Assembly (NCBI GenBank): GCA_044892525.1
Contig: CM097887.1
Coordinates: 27,900,001-27,964,000, forward strand
Source: Schmidtea polychroa
Taxonomy: Eukaryota
Direction of reading: 5' to 3'
Length of the DNA: 64,000 bases
Of this stretch, positions 44,005 through 57,900 are shown in pieces. The notes under the pieces were generated by a model. That model was not told the DNA's origin and did no database searches. It saw nothing but the letters and a program-made list of their open reading frames with translations. Made by a program: the position numbers and the translations under genes. Numbering within the stretch: the stretch's first letter is position 1; each line of letters begins with the position of its first letter.

Positions 44005-46725
44005 CGGGGCGAAGCCAGGAATTCATGAGGAGGGCTGCCCAAAAATCTTTTTGAATCATAAAATTTTAACATTTATTTCAAAAATTTTAACTTTTACATA
44101 ATTCATACATTTATTTTGATTCTACGAGCAGATTTTGACATTTCAATCAAAACTTCTTCGATCTCAATTGACTCATCTCTATAAATATTTAATAAAACTA
44201 ATCCATTTAAGCGATCCTCAGTCATAGTAGCACGGTCAAAAGTTTTGATTAAATGAAATTTACTAAAGCTTCTTTCAAGCGTACAATTTGTAACCGGAAG
44301 GGCTACTAGTATTGAAAGCAACTTTAAAACGTTCGGAAAAAATGTACTATTACAAGACTTAATATGATCGATTATTGAATTTGATAATCTCAAATTCCAC
44401 ATTTTAATTTCTTACCTTAATTGAGTTGCTGAAGCTTGCAATTAGTCACCAAAGTCCAAAATATCATCAATAGCTTTCGCAATTTCTTCTTCAGCAATAA
44501 TGTTATGGTTAGTAATGATTCGAAATCCTGTCAAAATTTCTTTATGCTTTTGAAATCTTTCCTCAGGTTCGCTGCAGAAATTACTAATAAGCGGTTTGAA
44601 TAAAATATTATGATAATATTCTTTTGTGCTTAAAATAAAAATACGTGGTCTTCCACAAAATCTCGGTTTTCGAATATCAATTTCATATTTTTCAGCAATT
44701 TTTGTTGCATCCGAATATATCGCATCAAACTTGTTTGATAAATCTCCCTCAATTTCCTTGAATGTGTAAATAATATACGATGATGCTCCTATAGCTTGTG
44801 TTATGCCGATTGAAACTGGTTGTAAATATCTGTTAAGTCATACAGTAATGTTCAGCGTATAGTCAAGCCACAATAAAGACATTATAAATTCAAATGTAAG
44901 AATCGTATTCAAGAATCCAATTGCTAAATGTGAAGCATCATCATTCCATTCAACAATGCTCTGTAAGTCACACAACTCCATCGAAAAGTTCAGTGAAAGT
45001 TGCAGTAGTTTGATGGCGTCCTATAAATCGTTTAGGACATATATTTTTAACTTCTTTTTTGTGCTTTCTGGAGATTTTTCTGCATTGCTTTCTAAATGAA
45101 CTTGCTGACGCTTTGATGTATTAAAAAAGTTGAAAATTTGCTTAATTGTCTCAGTACAGCTTTTAAGATAGGCAATATTACACGAATCTCTCAATGCCAA
45201 ATTAAGACAGTGACTCAAGCAATGAATGTAGATAGCACTTGGAAAACTATCTCTAATTCGTCTTGCAACGCCTGATTTCTCTCCTGCCCTAAGAGTCGCT
45301 TCATCATATACCTGATCGACACAGAAGCTCTAATCTACATTAAGTTCTTGAAAAGTTCTCATTATCTCTGATGATATTCCATCGGCGGTTTTATAGATTA
45401 TTGGAACAAATTTTGAAAAGTCTTAAAAAAGCTTAAAAGCTTAATCGAAATCGAAGTAACGCACTCCAATAGCCAATTGTTCTTTGTTAGTTCTATCCGA
45501 AGTTTATCAGCGTAAACTGAGAAAAATGAAGACTTTTTTAATTTAGCTATTCGACTTTTTTGATAATAACTTTTTCAATTATTGAGATAATTTCGTTTTG
45601 AATCGTAGGACTCAGATAAAATGCATTTTTTGGACCATTTTGTGCTAGTTCGTTAAATTCCTTATCCAAATGTGCTCGCCATCGAAGGAGGACTCGTAAA
45701 TTTCCATCATTTACACTGTTATCTGTTGAAATTAATGAGCCTGAATCGTATTTTCAACGAAACGAAATGTTATGACGACCACATAAAATAATAGATTCTA
45801 TGATTGGATATAACAATAAGTGATTCTTCTGCTTTTCCAAATTCAATTCTTTTTTATTTATCATATTAATTGGCTGAGTTTTTCCTTCCGACATAGACCT
45901 TAGAGATGTTACAATAGCTACAGTTTTCATATGAGAAGCAGTGCTTTGATGATGTGTAAAATTTTCCGAACTTTTATGCCAATTTTTGAAACCCACCGAA
46001 ACCACATTTCGATATTCCTCGCGTTCAAAAATGTAGCAAAATTTACAAAAAGCACTATCTGTAGACTTTGAATAAGCCAACCATGGAAAAGTTTTAAACC
46101 TAATCCACTGAAATTTTCGATCCTTCCGTGTATAGTTGTCTGTGGATAGTTGTATGAATAATCCGGGTTTTCGATCATATTGATTGCATTGATTTTTTCA
46201 TCATCGCTCAGTGATGTATCATTTTGATAAAATCTAATGTCACCAGATAGTACATTACTTGATCGATTCGATGTCTCCCTAGTTGCTGATAGACTTTGAG
46301 TTGTATCTCTAGTGACTGGTAGACTTTGAGTTGTATCTCCAGTTTCTGCTTGAATAGGTGTTTCTGATTTTGCCTCATTCGCGACGTAACTATTGTCATT
46401 ATTATTGTACTCATCAATTCCATCCGTTGTCTTTTTTATTTTCGTAAAATAGTTAAGAATAGATATATCTTTATTTCTCTTCATTTTATTTCTAGAATAT
46501 ATTAAGTTATTCTTTACATGAACGTTTAAAAATGATTTGATTCGATTTACTTACCTTTAATTAATGATCAATTCAATTAAATCAATTTTATTGGTTGAAT
46601 TTATTTTTTAAAAAATTTATAAACAATATGTTTAATTCAAAAAAATTAAAACCGTTAAAACTTGTATTAAATACCAATCAAGAGGGGGGTGCCCGAGCAT
46701 GTAAGACCCCCTGGCTACGCCCTTG
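44005..46725 (-). mobile_element. hAT DNA transposon (ZMYM1/THAP12-like transposase, decayed), 2.7 kb
   Basis: Imperfect TIRs CGGGGCGAAGCCAGG / CCTGGCTACGCCCTTG; 8-bp TSD CTTTGGTG / CCTTGGTG; TTF-finger YSKSTDSAFCKFC, HCLSHCLNLAL, LPVTNCTLERSFSK...MTEDRLNGLVLLNI. Confidence 0.9.
44103..46484 (-). pseudogene. hAT transposase pseudogene (several stops and frameshifts)
   Basis: ORF pieces 45927-46484, 45754-46080, 45021-45218 and 44103-44402 are colinear parts of one transposase. Confidence 0.88.
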
Positions 46726-47678
46726 CCTTGGTGACTTTTTATTAAGCAAATAGAACAACACAACACAATAATATTTGAAATTATCACAATTATACTTTTC
46801 TTTTATTACACACTTTAATGAAACAATCTGAGTTTGCACAACTTTAAATAACTCTTTTTACTCTACAAACTTTTCAATATCAACCTGAATCTTGCACAGG
46901 AATTCATCTTCCAACGAGAGATGTTTTTTTCTGGTATGCTAGATTCAAAACGATTTGGTTAGCACTAAGTTAAATCGACTTTTACTCCCATTCACTGTAA
47001 TATCACTGTTCTTTCTTTGAACAACTGGCAATTCTGTCTACTTACCAGTGTCTTTTATACCCGTCTCGTAATTTTATTATCTTCTTATCAAATTACTTTT
47101 GATATTTTTCCCCGGGCTTTCTCTTTTGACTAAATTGGTTTAGGAAATTTATTCATATTTTGAGTCTACCCCAATTTAATAATTCGTCGACTAATTCGAT
47201 TGCCTCAACCTAATTTGATTGACCACTTGGTTCCTCTCACACTGTTAGGGTTTCCCATTAGTTAGGGTTTTCTATTAGCTAATTAAATTTTTAATTAAAT
47301 TTTAGTTTTTTGTAATTATTTCCTTCTAGTAACCAAAGTAACTGTTTAAGGAAAAGTAAATTGCTTTTTCTTGTGAAAACTTGCGGATTCACAGGCGATC
47401 GACTTTAAATCATCATGCTATCGACCTTATGGGTACCATTGGTGTATAAACTTTAATTTTATGTCTATCTTGTCAATAATACTCAGAATTTTGCTATATG
47501 CTAATTTAATTTATATTATTGAAACTCTAAATTAATGTCATTCAGGCTCTTATGAATTGCAATTACTGCAATTTATTTATTTTTACCAATCTCTATTATT
47601 CACTGATAGGAAGTATATAATAATTTTAAATAATCAACTAATATAGATAACTATTAATAAGTTTATAAATAATTATCA

Positions 47679-48374
47679 ATGAATTCTTTAACCGAACTTC
47701 ACGATTCCACGAGAATTGATGCTGAAACTAATCTAATAGAACAATTCCCATTGAAAATAATCAAACTTCACAAAATTTTGTCATCCGACAATTATAATCT
47801 CAAAAGGATATTGCAAAATGATTCAGATGGATTATTATCCAGAATCAACAGTGAAAACTGTGGAGATGATGAGGAAATGAAAATCCGAAAACTATCGATT
47901 AAAACAACTGAAGAATCCCAAGATCATTTTAAATTAAACAAAATTATCACAAACTTCGCAGACGAAATCAAACCAATTATTCTCGAATGCATAGACGATG
48001 TACAAATGCTCCAGATGTGGATCCAATTGAATGTTCCGAAAATCGAAGATGGCAATAATTTCGGGGTTTCAATTCAGGAGAAGGTGCTCGAGAAATTGAG
48101 TGAGGTGGAATCCGAGCTGTTGGTACGTTTGGACTTTTTTAGTGAATACCATTATTATAGGGCTAAATTGCTGGCAAAGTTCTATAAATATCCCAACGTA
48201 GAGGACTTCAAAGTGAGTGCTATAGAATACGATCAAAGCATAATAATACAAATTCGGGGAATTGTTGAAGATGTAAGAAATTACTATGCAATTTTGCATG
48301 ACATTTTCTTGAAAAATTTAGTGAAATTAAAAAAGCCTCGCAATGACAATGGCGTTTCATATGCAATTTCTTAA
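47679..48374 (+). CDS. PSME3: Proteasome activator PA28/REG (PSME3-like), intronless, 231 aa
   Basis: WIQLNVPKIEDGNNFGVSIQEK activation-loop signature; KFYKYPNVEDF; RNYYAILHDIFLKNLVKLKKPR. Confidence 0.92.
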   Translation: MNSLTELHDSTRIDAETNLIEQFPLKIIKLHKILSSDNYNLKRILQNDSDGLLSRINSENCGDDEEMKIRKLSIKTTEESQDHFKLNKIITNFADEIKPIILECIDDVQMLQMWIQLNVPKIEDGNNFGVSIQEKVLEKLSEVESELLVRLDFFSEYHYYRAKLLAKFYKYPNVEDFKVSAIEYDQSIIIQIRGIVEDVRNYYAILHDIFLKNLVKLKKPRNDNGVSYAIS

Positions 48375-48719
48375 TAACCATAACAATGTTTCGATTGCTT
48401 TAGAAATCTGATTTATTTTTATTTCATTTTGAATATATTTATTTTATTTATTTATTATTTTAATTTTAATCCTCTAACCACGCGTGCCATTTTTTTACTA
48501 CGAAAAAGCGCATGCAGTATTTTTTACTGCAATTTCTGACCTGTTCCACGCGGGGATTAGTATATTTCACAGTTCTTATTTTAAAAGTTACTATCACTGG
48601 ACACTTGCAGCTGGTAGATACTAGCATTTATCTCATTTTCACAATATTGATATTATTTATAACTTTTAATTATTTTTTATTAAGATAATTAAATTAATTA
48701 ACAATTAAATAATAATTAA

Positions 48720-49509
48720 AAATAATAAGATAAACATTACAAGCTTTGTGATACCCAGTGCAAATCCCAATAGTAGACTAGTTTCGAGCTTTTGGGTCTC
48801 ATCACTTCTATGCAGGAGACGCGAAGATTTCTCTTGCTGATTCAACTCTTTTGCATACTTTCCCTGGTACACTGGAAATCATAACACTTACAAATTAGCT
48901 AAATCACAGAAAAAAATATCTGCAAACTTGTTATTTATCACGAAGTTGCACAGGTCCTTACAAAAATTTCTAAAAGTTGTTTATTTATCGATTCAGGCCA
49001 TGTTCCTGGATCTGCCAGCACTAAAGACGAACTTACTGATTCTGTTTCATAAGAAAACTCTTCTTCGGATTTTTCTGACTCTGATGTTGAAGACGATGAG
49101 TCATGTTGAGGCTGTTCTGGCTTCTTTGTAGGACTTAAAGACGAATCTAGCTCATCCAGAAATGTATCATGCTCTTCTGACTTATTTGCCGCAAATGATT
49201 TTTTTTGAGGATTCCAAAAACTGTGTTAAAGATCCAATTAGTTTTTCTATTTCTTTTAATTTTATTTCCTTGTTTTTTCGATAATAAGCACCAGATTTCC
49301 TTTTTGTTTTTCTTTCTGTAATCTAAGGTGTAATATTTTCTTATTCATAATAAAATTTCTAAATAGTAAAACTTACTTTTTTTATTTATTTGTTAGATTA
49401 TCTAAAATCAATTTTTTTAAAATATAATAATAGCAGGTCGGCGGCCGCCCTTCAACTTGGCCTCTCACGTGTGGGGGCACCTTCTGTACCCTTGCCAGAA
49501 ACGGGCTTG
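48720..49509 (-). mobile_element. 5' end of another hAT (ZMYM-like) element, truncated
   Basis: TIR-like CAAGCCCGTTTCTGGCAA at 49509(-); KSGAYYRKNKE...SLTQFL and LADPGTWPESI N-terminal motifs. Confidence 0.6.
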
Positions 49510-50491
49510 CGATTGTGTATTACTTCTTTCATCTAATTATATTATAAGAATAATATTTAAAATAATTAAATATATTTATAATTTAATTAATATGGAATTA
49601 ATTAATCAATATATTAAATACTATATTACAACTAATATATATAAATATCGTAATATAAATATTATATACGGCATATATAGTTGTCATTATTATTTTATAA
49701 ACCACTATATTAAAAATGGATGTTTTTAAATAAAGTCAAAATAAGACACTTTAATAAACATTTCTAAGAAGTCTTGTTAATTTATGATTAATATGATTCT
49801 AAAAGTTTTATGACGGGGGATTCATTAGTGAATGTAAAATTTATTTTCAATAATGAAGCTTGTTACAAGAGACGCAAATTATTGTTATAAAATCTCTGAT
49901 TTCAAAAAATTTTAACAAATCTATGATGCAGTGGACCTGAAAATACATGAATTTTGAAAATCGAAAAAGAAAATCAATAAAAAAAGCTCCTTGATAGATT
50001 ATTTGTTAAATTTAATCAATTATGAAAAAGAAAATGATATTACACAGATAAATTTTTTAAAAATTCGAAAAGATGATTGACCAGTTATTGACACAGATGG
50101 AGTAAAGATGAGATAGTATCACACCTTTTAATTGAAAGACAAAAACAAAGATCAGATCACATTATAAATATATAATGTTCCGAAGACAACGAAACCGAAC
50201 AATAATTGAAGAGTAAAGTTGGCAGTCACAAAACTGCTATTAAGTAGAGTATCATACATTGGAATCCTCCTTTTTGACATCTTGATTTTGGATCAGTGAT
50301 AATTTTACACTGGCAGTTAATATTATTAAGGATTACAGAAATACTCACTATGTTGTCAGGAATCCCATGAATAGGAAGAGTAGTAACCATAACAAATATA
50401 ACAGAATTTGCAGATATTCGAAGACTATCTACTCATTTAGTACTGTATAAATTTCCTAAATTATAATTCATTAAAAATTTAAGTTCCCACC

Positions 50492-51477
50492 TGTGAAAAC
50501 CAATTATTATTTGATATTTCGAGAATGATATAGTTGAAGATACCTAAATAAGAAATAGCATAATAAATAAGTAAATTACCTGAGGGAAGATCGTCATGAC
50601 AAATGGGAAGATCTATGGAAACTCTGAAAAGAAGACGGAAGTAAAAAGAAATGAGAAAGAGGAATGAAACAAAAGAAATCAAACAGGAAAACAAAAACAA
50701 AAGTCAGTACTAATAATTTAGTACAAAGAAGAAAAGGAATTTCAAATTCCAGAAATATACAAAATATGGGAAAAAGCCGTATCTTGACAGCTTCTCAAAG
50801 ATAGTGGAATTGCCGGGAGAAGGCGGCTTAACAAAAAAGGAAAAGGGAAAAATATCTCGACAGCTGTCAGAGATAAACTGGGAACAGTCGGGAAATGCAG
50901 GAGAAAGAAAGGTGGGAAACCTTTGATTATCTCTAGTGCCACAAATAAAACAAGCTATATAAAGAGAAACTGGTGGACACAAATTCTGACAGAAACCTAG
51001 TCGAAAAGTGAGAGACAGAAATTTAGACCACAAATTAGAGTCGGACCTAACGTTATTGGAAAAACGATTTGTGAAGAATAATTGTAAAGAAAATAATTGT
51101 GAAGAATAAATGTTGGAGAAGGTTTGAAAAAAAGAATTAGTTAAAAAATTAAACGAAAAGAAGTTATTTGAGTATTTGAATAAAGTTGTGAAGAAGGTCA
51201 AAGAAAACAACCCGCTCAAAGTCCCAGTTGATAAACCAATCGGTAGTTAGTGATCTTTCAATCCGGTGCTATACACAAGTGCTATTCCTCACTGAGTGTT
51301 GTGATAAGCATTGTATAGTCATCGAGCAGAGTGCTGAATTGATTGTCAATGTAAAGTGAAAATTATTTGTGATTATCAATAAAGATTTCTGTTGTCAAGT
51401 GTTATTTGTGGATCAGGCAAAGACACGCTTGGACTCAGAGAGAATTTTAATTTTATCACCAACCCAATAACCCAACA
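50492..51477 (+). repeat. Probable solo LTR (about 1 kb)
   Basis: TG...CA ends (TGTGAA...ACCCAACA), purine-rich first half, AATAAA near 51378 followed by a GT-rich tract. No TSD found. Confidence 0.4.
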
Positions 51478-52071
51478 GTATGTTCTCCCTCGGAGGACGA
51501 TTTATTGTAGAACTTGTCGGATGTAGATCTCGGATATAAAAATAATATTTCTGTTAAATATGTAAATGATCTCTCACATATTATCTTAAATAATATTATA
51601 ATTAGAAATTTTCTCATTTAATTTAATACATATTTTACAGCAATGGCTTTTCCTATCATTTACTTGTTTAACATTTAATTTTTGTTGCTACCAATAAATC
51701 ATTATCTGATAATATTTTTGCACATAATGATCTTTAATAATCAATTTATGCTTAATTACTTATGTTTTCTACTAGCATTACTTTTATTTAAATTTAAGTT
51801 GGCGTTTTCATTTGCCCTTGAATCGAATTATTTTTTCGGGTGGTTTTTACATTCTGTTTTTGCCTAATGCCTTGAAAATATTTGAAATGTTTTGTAAATA
51901 TTTTTAGAAGACAATTTTAAATCGGATTTATAATTGTTTGTTAAATTTTAATTGGTTTCATTTAATTTAACATCACTAATCTATTAACATTTTAAAGGAA
52001 ATATCTCTTATCAATCAATATTTTTATTTGTTTTAATAATATTTTTAGAAGAAAAATTTTCGACTGCATCA

Positions 52072-53392
52072 ATGGGGTTTTTTTTAAATATTTTTAGAGT
52101 AATAAATTTTATTTCGTATTTAATTAAAATGATATATTTCATTATTTAAATCTAATTATAATATAATGAAAATTTAGAAAAAATCCAAATCTACTGAAGA
52201 GCAATTGGAATTCATTAAGAAAGTTGATATTTAATTATTAGTTATAATTTTGAGCTTGTATTAGTCAATCTTAGAAATTGAAGAAAAACGGAGGCTGAAT
52301 TTAAGCAATGAAAAGCATTTAATTGGTAGTTTGATGCTTTACTCGTTTATGCTATATTTCACATGTACTGCATTCATTTTTATTTATGTTAAACCTTCCA
52401 AAACTAATTACTGGCCTCTGTACTTTGCCCCATTAGTAGCATTTCCATTTCTGTTAGTCTACAATTGACAAATTTTATAATTTAATTTTGTCAGGATTTT
52501 CTACATTAAAAAGATTATTCAATGGTTTTATATTCGACGATTGAACTATGTCGGTAAGTTTCAATATCTTAATTCCTTTAACGTTATTTAATTTAAAAAT
52601 TTGATTTTTAGATAAAAAATTATTGGATTTAAAAAAGAATCTTAAAGATTTGGTAAAATATTATAGAAATTAAAGAAATCTAAATCAACTAATTGAAATA
52701 GCTAACAAACGTCATTGAAAAAGAAACTTATAAAAAAGCAAATGAAATATTGAATAAGTTTGATCCGAATTTCGAATTTCGTAATGAATATGAGAATTTC
52801 CCCGATAAGAAATTACGCAGCTGCTCTGATCACAATTCTGATAGCGAATTGGACAGGAAAAATCTCAATAATAAAACTAAATCGATTTCTGAACCGAATA
52901 AAACCGTTTCCGTCAACGACCTACGTAAACATGAATTCACAAAGAAGCCAAGTTGATTATTATCATTCTAATACCGATTGATTGACCTCGATTCCAGTAT
53001 CGATCATCAGCTCGGATATCAAATTGATTCGGCCTTTACTCAATCAGAATCGGTCGAGTTTCGATAAGATTATCGATTTCATCGTTGGGGACGGATTCGA
53101 CCGTCGGTTCGCGCTCATTTGCAAGCATTGCTCTAGTCACAACGGAATGGCAATGGCTGATGAATTCCCGTTCATTGGTGGACATTGATTATTGCCCTGC
53201 TTTGATATTATACCCTGTTACTATATAGGTTACAAGTGCGCCTATTGTGCCGGGTTCAACGCGCCTAGGAAAACCAAGCCAGACCCACCGACAATTTACG
53301 ACACTGATCAAGAGGCTGAAAGAAATTTGACAGGGAACTATTTCAAATTGCCCAATCAAATTATTAAATCAGGTGAAATTTTCATTTGCTAA
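52072..53392 (+). CDS. LNPK: ER junction protein Lunapark, about 8 exons; last exon uncertain
   Basis: Exons 52072-98, 52178-222, 52265-452, 52495-553, 52612-652, 52702-951, 52998-53177 and 53229-392 (GT-AG introns 42-79 nt): N-terminal MG, two TM segments, EKETYKKANEILNKFDP, IVGDGFDRRFALICKHCSSHNGMA...YKCAYCAGFNAPRK zinc ribbon. Confidence 0.9.
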
Positions 53393-53397
53393 TTTTG

Positions 53398-54830
53398 GTA
53401 ATTAATTATTTTTATAATTATTAATATTTTATAATTAATTATTTTTATAATTAGTAATATTTTATATTATTTTATAATTGTTAATATTTTATATTATTTT
53501 ATAATTATTAATATTTTATATTATTATATAATTATTAATATTTTATATTATTGTATAATTATTAATATTTTATATTATTTTATAATTATTAATATTTTAT
53601 AATTAATTATTTTTATAATTATTAATATTTTATATTATTTTATAATTATTAATATTTTATAATTAATTATTTTTATAATTATTAATATTTTATATTATTT
53701 TTATAATTGTTAATATTTTATAATTAATTATTTTTATAATTATTAATATTTTATATTATTTTATAATTGTTAATATTTTATATTATTTTATAATTATTAA
53801 TATTTTATATTATTATATAATTATTAATATTTTATATTATTTTATAATTATTAATATTTTATAATTAATTATTTTTATAATTATTAATATTTTATATTAT
53901 TTTATAATTGTTAATATTTTATATTATTTTATAATTATTAATATTTTATATTATTATATAATTATTAATATTTTATATTATTGTATAATTATTAATATTT
54001 TATATTATTTTATAATTATTAATATTTTATAATTAATTATTTTTATAATTATTAATATTTTATATTATTTTATAATTGTTAATATTTTATATTATTTTAT
54101 AATTATTAATATTTTATATTATTTTATAATTATTAATATTTTATATTATTATATAATTATTAATATTTTATATTATTTTATAATTGTTAATATTTTATAT
54201 TATTTTATAATTAATTATTTTTATAATTATTAATATTTTATAATTAATTATTTTTATAATTAGTAATATTTTATATTATTTTATAATTATTAATATTTTA
54301 TAATTAATTATTTTTATAATTAGTAATATTTTATATTATTGTATAATTATTAATATTTTATATTATTTTATAATTATTAATATTTTATATTATTGTATAA
54401 TTATTAATATTTTATAATTAATTATTTTTATAATTATTAATATTTTATATTATTTTATAATTGTTAATATTTTATATTATTTTATAATTATTAATATTTT
54501 ATAATTAATTATTTTTATAATTAGTAATATTTTATATTATTGTATAATTATTAATATTTTATATTATTTTATAATTATTAATATTTTATATTATTTTATA
54601 ATTATTAATATTTTATATTATTTTATAATTGTTAATATTTTATATTATTTTTATAATTATTAATATTTTATATTATTTTATAATTGTTAATATTTTATAT
54701 TATTTTATAATTGTTAATATTTTATATTATTTTATAATTATTAATATTTTATATTATTTTATAATTGTTAATATTTTATATTATTTTATAATTGTTAATA
54801 TTTTATAATTAATAATATTCTATAATTGAT
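53398..54830. repeat. AT-only minisatellite, unit about 27-35 nt (TTATAATTATTAATATTTTATATTATT and variants)
   Basis: About 1.4 kb of near-perfect tandem units with only sporadic G and no C. Confidence 0.95.
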
Positions 54831-57299
54831 AAAATTTATGATATTTTAAAATATTTATAAATAAAATTTTTTATAATATTTTATAGTTAATGGCAAAACA
54901 AAATAAAAACAACATGAAAATTTAATTTATTATATTTATTATTTTAAAGTTATTTTATTTTTTATTGTAATTTTTTGTTATAAAAAATAATAATAATTCA
55001 ATTATCTGTATATAATCAGAAATTTATGCAATATACACTTGTTATTATTCCCCAGTATCATATGAGATTGGTTCGCTGTCTGTCTACTTTCATTACTTCT
55101 ATTTAACTACTATTTATAATTAAAATTATTAATTATATTCTTTAATTGATAATATTTTATAATTATTAATATTTATGATATTTTAAAATATTTATAATTA
55201 AAATTATTTATAATATTTATATTTACAATTAATAATATTTATAATTAATTAATTATTTTATTTTTTAATTAATTATTTTCAAATTTCATTTGTAATTTTA
55301 GCATTAATGCAGATATCGACCACAAATATTTTTAATTGATTTTATAATACAAATTTATTTTAATTGATTGATTAATAAAATTATAATAAAATAATAAATT
55401 TGTATGAATATCGATTGGTCCATTTGATATTTGCCTTCCTCTCCGGTTTATTATTGACGAGAAATTTGTATAATGTCACAAATAATAATGTGACATTTGT
55501 GTCATAAATTATTCTTAATTTTTCAAATTTACATTACTTGATAACCTGGTGCCAGCCAAGCTTCAATTGTGACAAGTGTTTCAATAAAGTTTATTTTAAA
55601 ATTTGTCAAAATGTCACTTGTTCAATTAATGATTCATTTATCTTTATTTTTCAGATAAAGTTTTGAATTTTATTTTTTCAAATATCTTTTATAATTTTTT
55701 TTTCATTTCTTTTTTTTTCTATTTACTTACATTTACATAAAGTAAAAATGGAAAAGAAAATATTAAAAAATTATTATAAAATCAATTTTTAATTATAAAA
55801 AAGAATAAATTAAATACAAAAATTATCTAAAAATTAAATTTAAAAAATAATTAAAAATTAAAATATTGACTAATTATAAATTTTATAAATTTAATATTTT
55901 GAATTTAAAATTTTTTAAAATATTTTATTTATATTTTCTTTTTTTCTATTTTTTAAAAATTTATAAACTTATAAAGAACTTTAATAATTAAAAATTAAAA
56001 TATTGATTGAAAATAAATTAAATATTAAAATAATAAAAAATTAAGATATTGATTTTTAAAATTTTATTTTATGAAAACACAAATTTTTTAAAATATATAA
56101 ATTTGATATAAAAATAATTAAAAATTAAAATATTGACTAATTATAAATTTTATAAATTTAATGTTTTGAATTTTAATTTTTTAAAATATTTTATTCATAT
56201 TTTCTTTTTTTCTATTTTTTAAAAATATAAATTAATAATTAAATTATAAATTAAATACAAGAATAAAATCAACTTATAAAAATATATTCGAAGAGAAATG
56301 AAAAAAACATAAAAATAAATATCAATAATATTATAAAAAAATATTGATCGAATATCTATATAACGAAATGAAATATTGAAAGAAAATATAACTATTTATT
56401 GAATAAAATATTTCATTTATTTCCAGTTTGACAATTTCAGAATTTAATTACACGTAAAATTAAAATATATGATATATTAATAAAGAAATATTAATAAAAA
56501 TCAAAATATATATTGACAAAAAATATTGTTATAGAAAAAGAAGACTTAGAAATTTAATTTAAAAATTATATATAAAAAATTAAAATATTACTTAATTGTT
56601 TATATAATTAAATACAAGAAATTTTTAAAATTTATAAATAAAATTTTAAAATAATAAAATATTGAAAAATTAAATAATTAAGAAATTCGTAAAAATTATA
56701 AATAAAATTTAAAAATAATTAAAAATTAAAATATTGATTTTTTTGTTTAATTATTAAATAAATAAAAACAAAAAATTTTTAAAAATTATAAATTTAATAT
56801 AAAAATAATTAAAAATTAAAATATTGAATTTTGGTTTGGAGAAAATAAAATGTTCCCCAAGAATTCCTAAAAACTTTATCAACAACACGGTGAATATATT
56901 TTGCCCTTGAATTGCAGCAGAATTGCGAATCGAACTGATTAATTGCTGTGTAATTCCAGAGACAGGTAGGAATGGCGAGCTGCCGGCAGATTCGACAGCT
57001 GTGCACAGATCAAGATGCGTAGATCAAGACTCTGTGAAATCCTCCAATTGATACCATCATTGACATGCTGCCATTTGTCCGTGGAATATATATCTCTTCT
57101 GATAATCGATTTCTATCATCCGATTGGTCTATTTTTTATATTGGAAAATAAACATTATTGATATCAAATTTGAAGTCGTTTTGTATTTTGGTTGTGCTAT
57201 TTTCGATTTTATTGGATTCGGTTGTGTGTGTTGTGAATAATAATAATAATAAATCGATAAGAATTAATTGAATTTGACTTTTGAACCAATTTTATTAAT

Positions 57300-57900
57300 T
57301 TAATTTATTGATGTGACAATTTTTCCAATATATTCGATAAATTTCATTGATCCGCATTTTGATTTGATTGGGCAGCTTTGATTTATGCGATCGATTGGTT
57401 CACGTTTTGTGATCTGATATTGATTTATAATATATTGATTTGGCAACAGGTGGAATCAATGATTCTGGCATTTGATTATTTTTGTGGGCCTTCTGGAATC
57501 ATTAAATCGATAAATTCAGTCAAATTTTAAAAAGCTAAATTTTATTAGGCTTTTTCATTGACATAAATTGACAATGATTATTCAATAAATTTCATTGATC
57601 CGCATTTAAATTTGATTGGATAGTTTTGATATTTATCAATACGATTGATTAGTTCACGTTTTGTGATATAATATTGATTTATAATATATTGATTAAGTAA
57701 CATTGAATCTGCCAATAAAATTAATAAAATCCAATCAAAATGAGATTTTAAAATGTTAAAATTTTATTAGGCTTTTTTAGTGGCATAATAAATTATTCAA
57801 TAAATTTCATTGATCCGCATTCAAATTCGATTGGAAAGTTTTGAAATATATCAATGCGATCAATTTGTTCACGTTTTGTGATTAATAATGATTTGATTAC
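57300..57900. repeat. Degenerate tandem triplication, unit about 215-250 nt
   Basis: ATAAATTTCATTGATCCGCATT at about 57337, 57585 and 57800, each followed by ...gttcacgttttgtgat. Confidence 0.75.

Larger units (their letters stand above)
43958..47393 (-). repeat. Family-B solo-LTR-like repeat split by the hAT insertion; right boundary approximate
   Basis: 43958-44004 (tgttgggt...ggtatcactgtctgactctttgg) matches the reverse complement of the 21315-21364 end; 46734-47340 matches the rest of that repeat. Confidence 0.6.
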
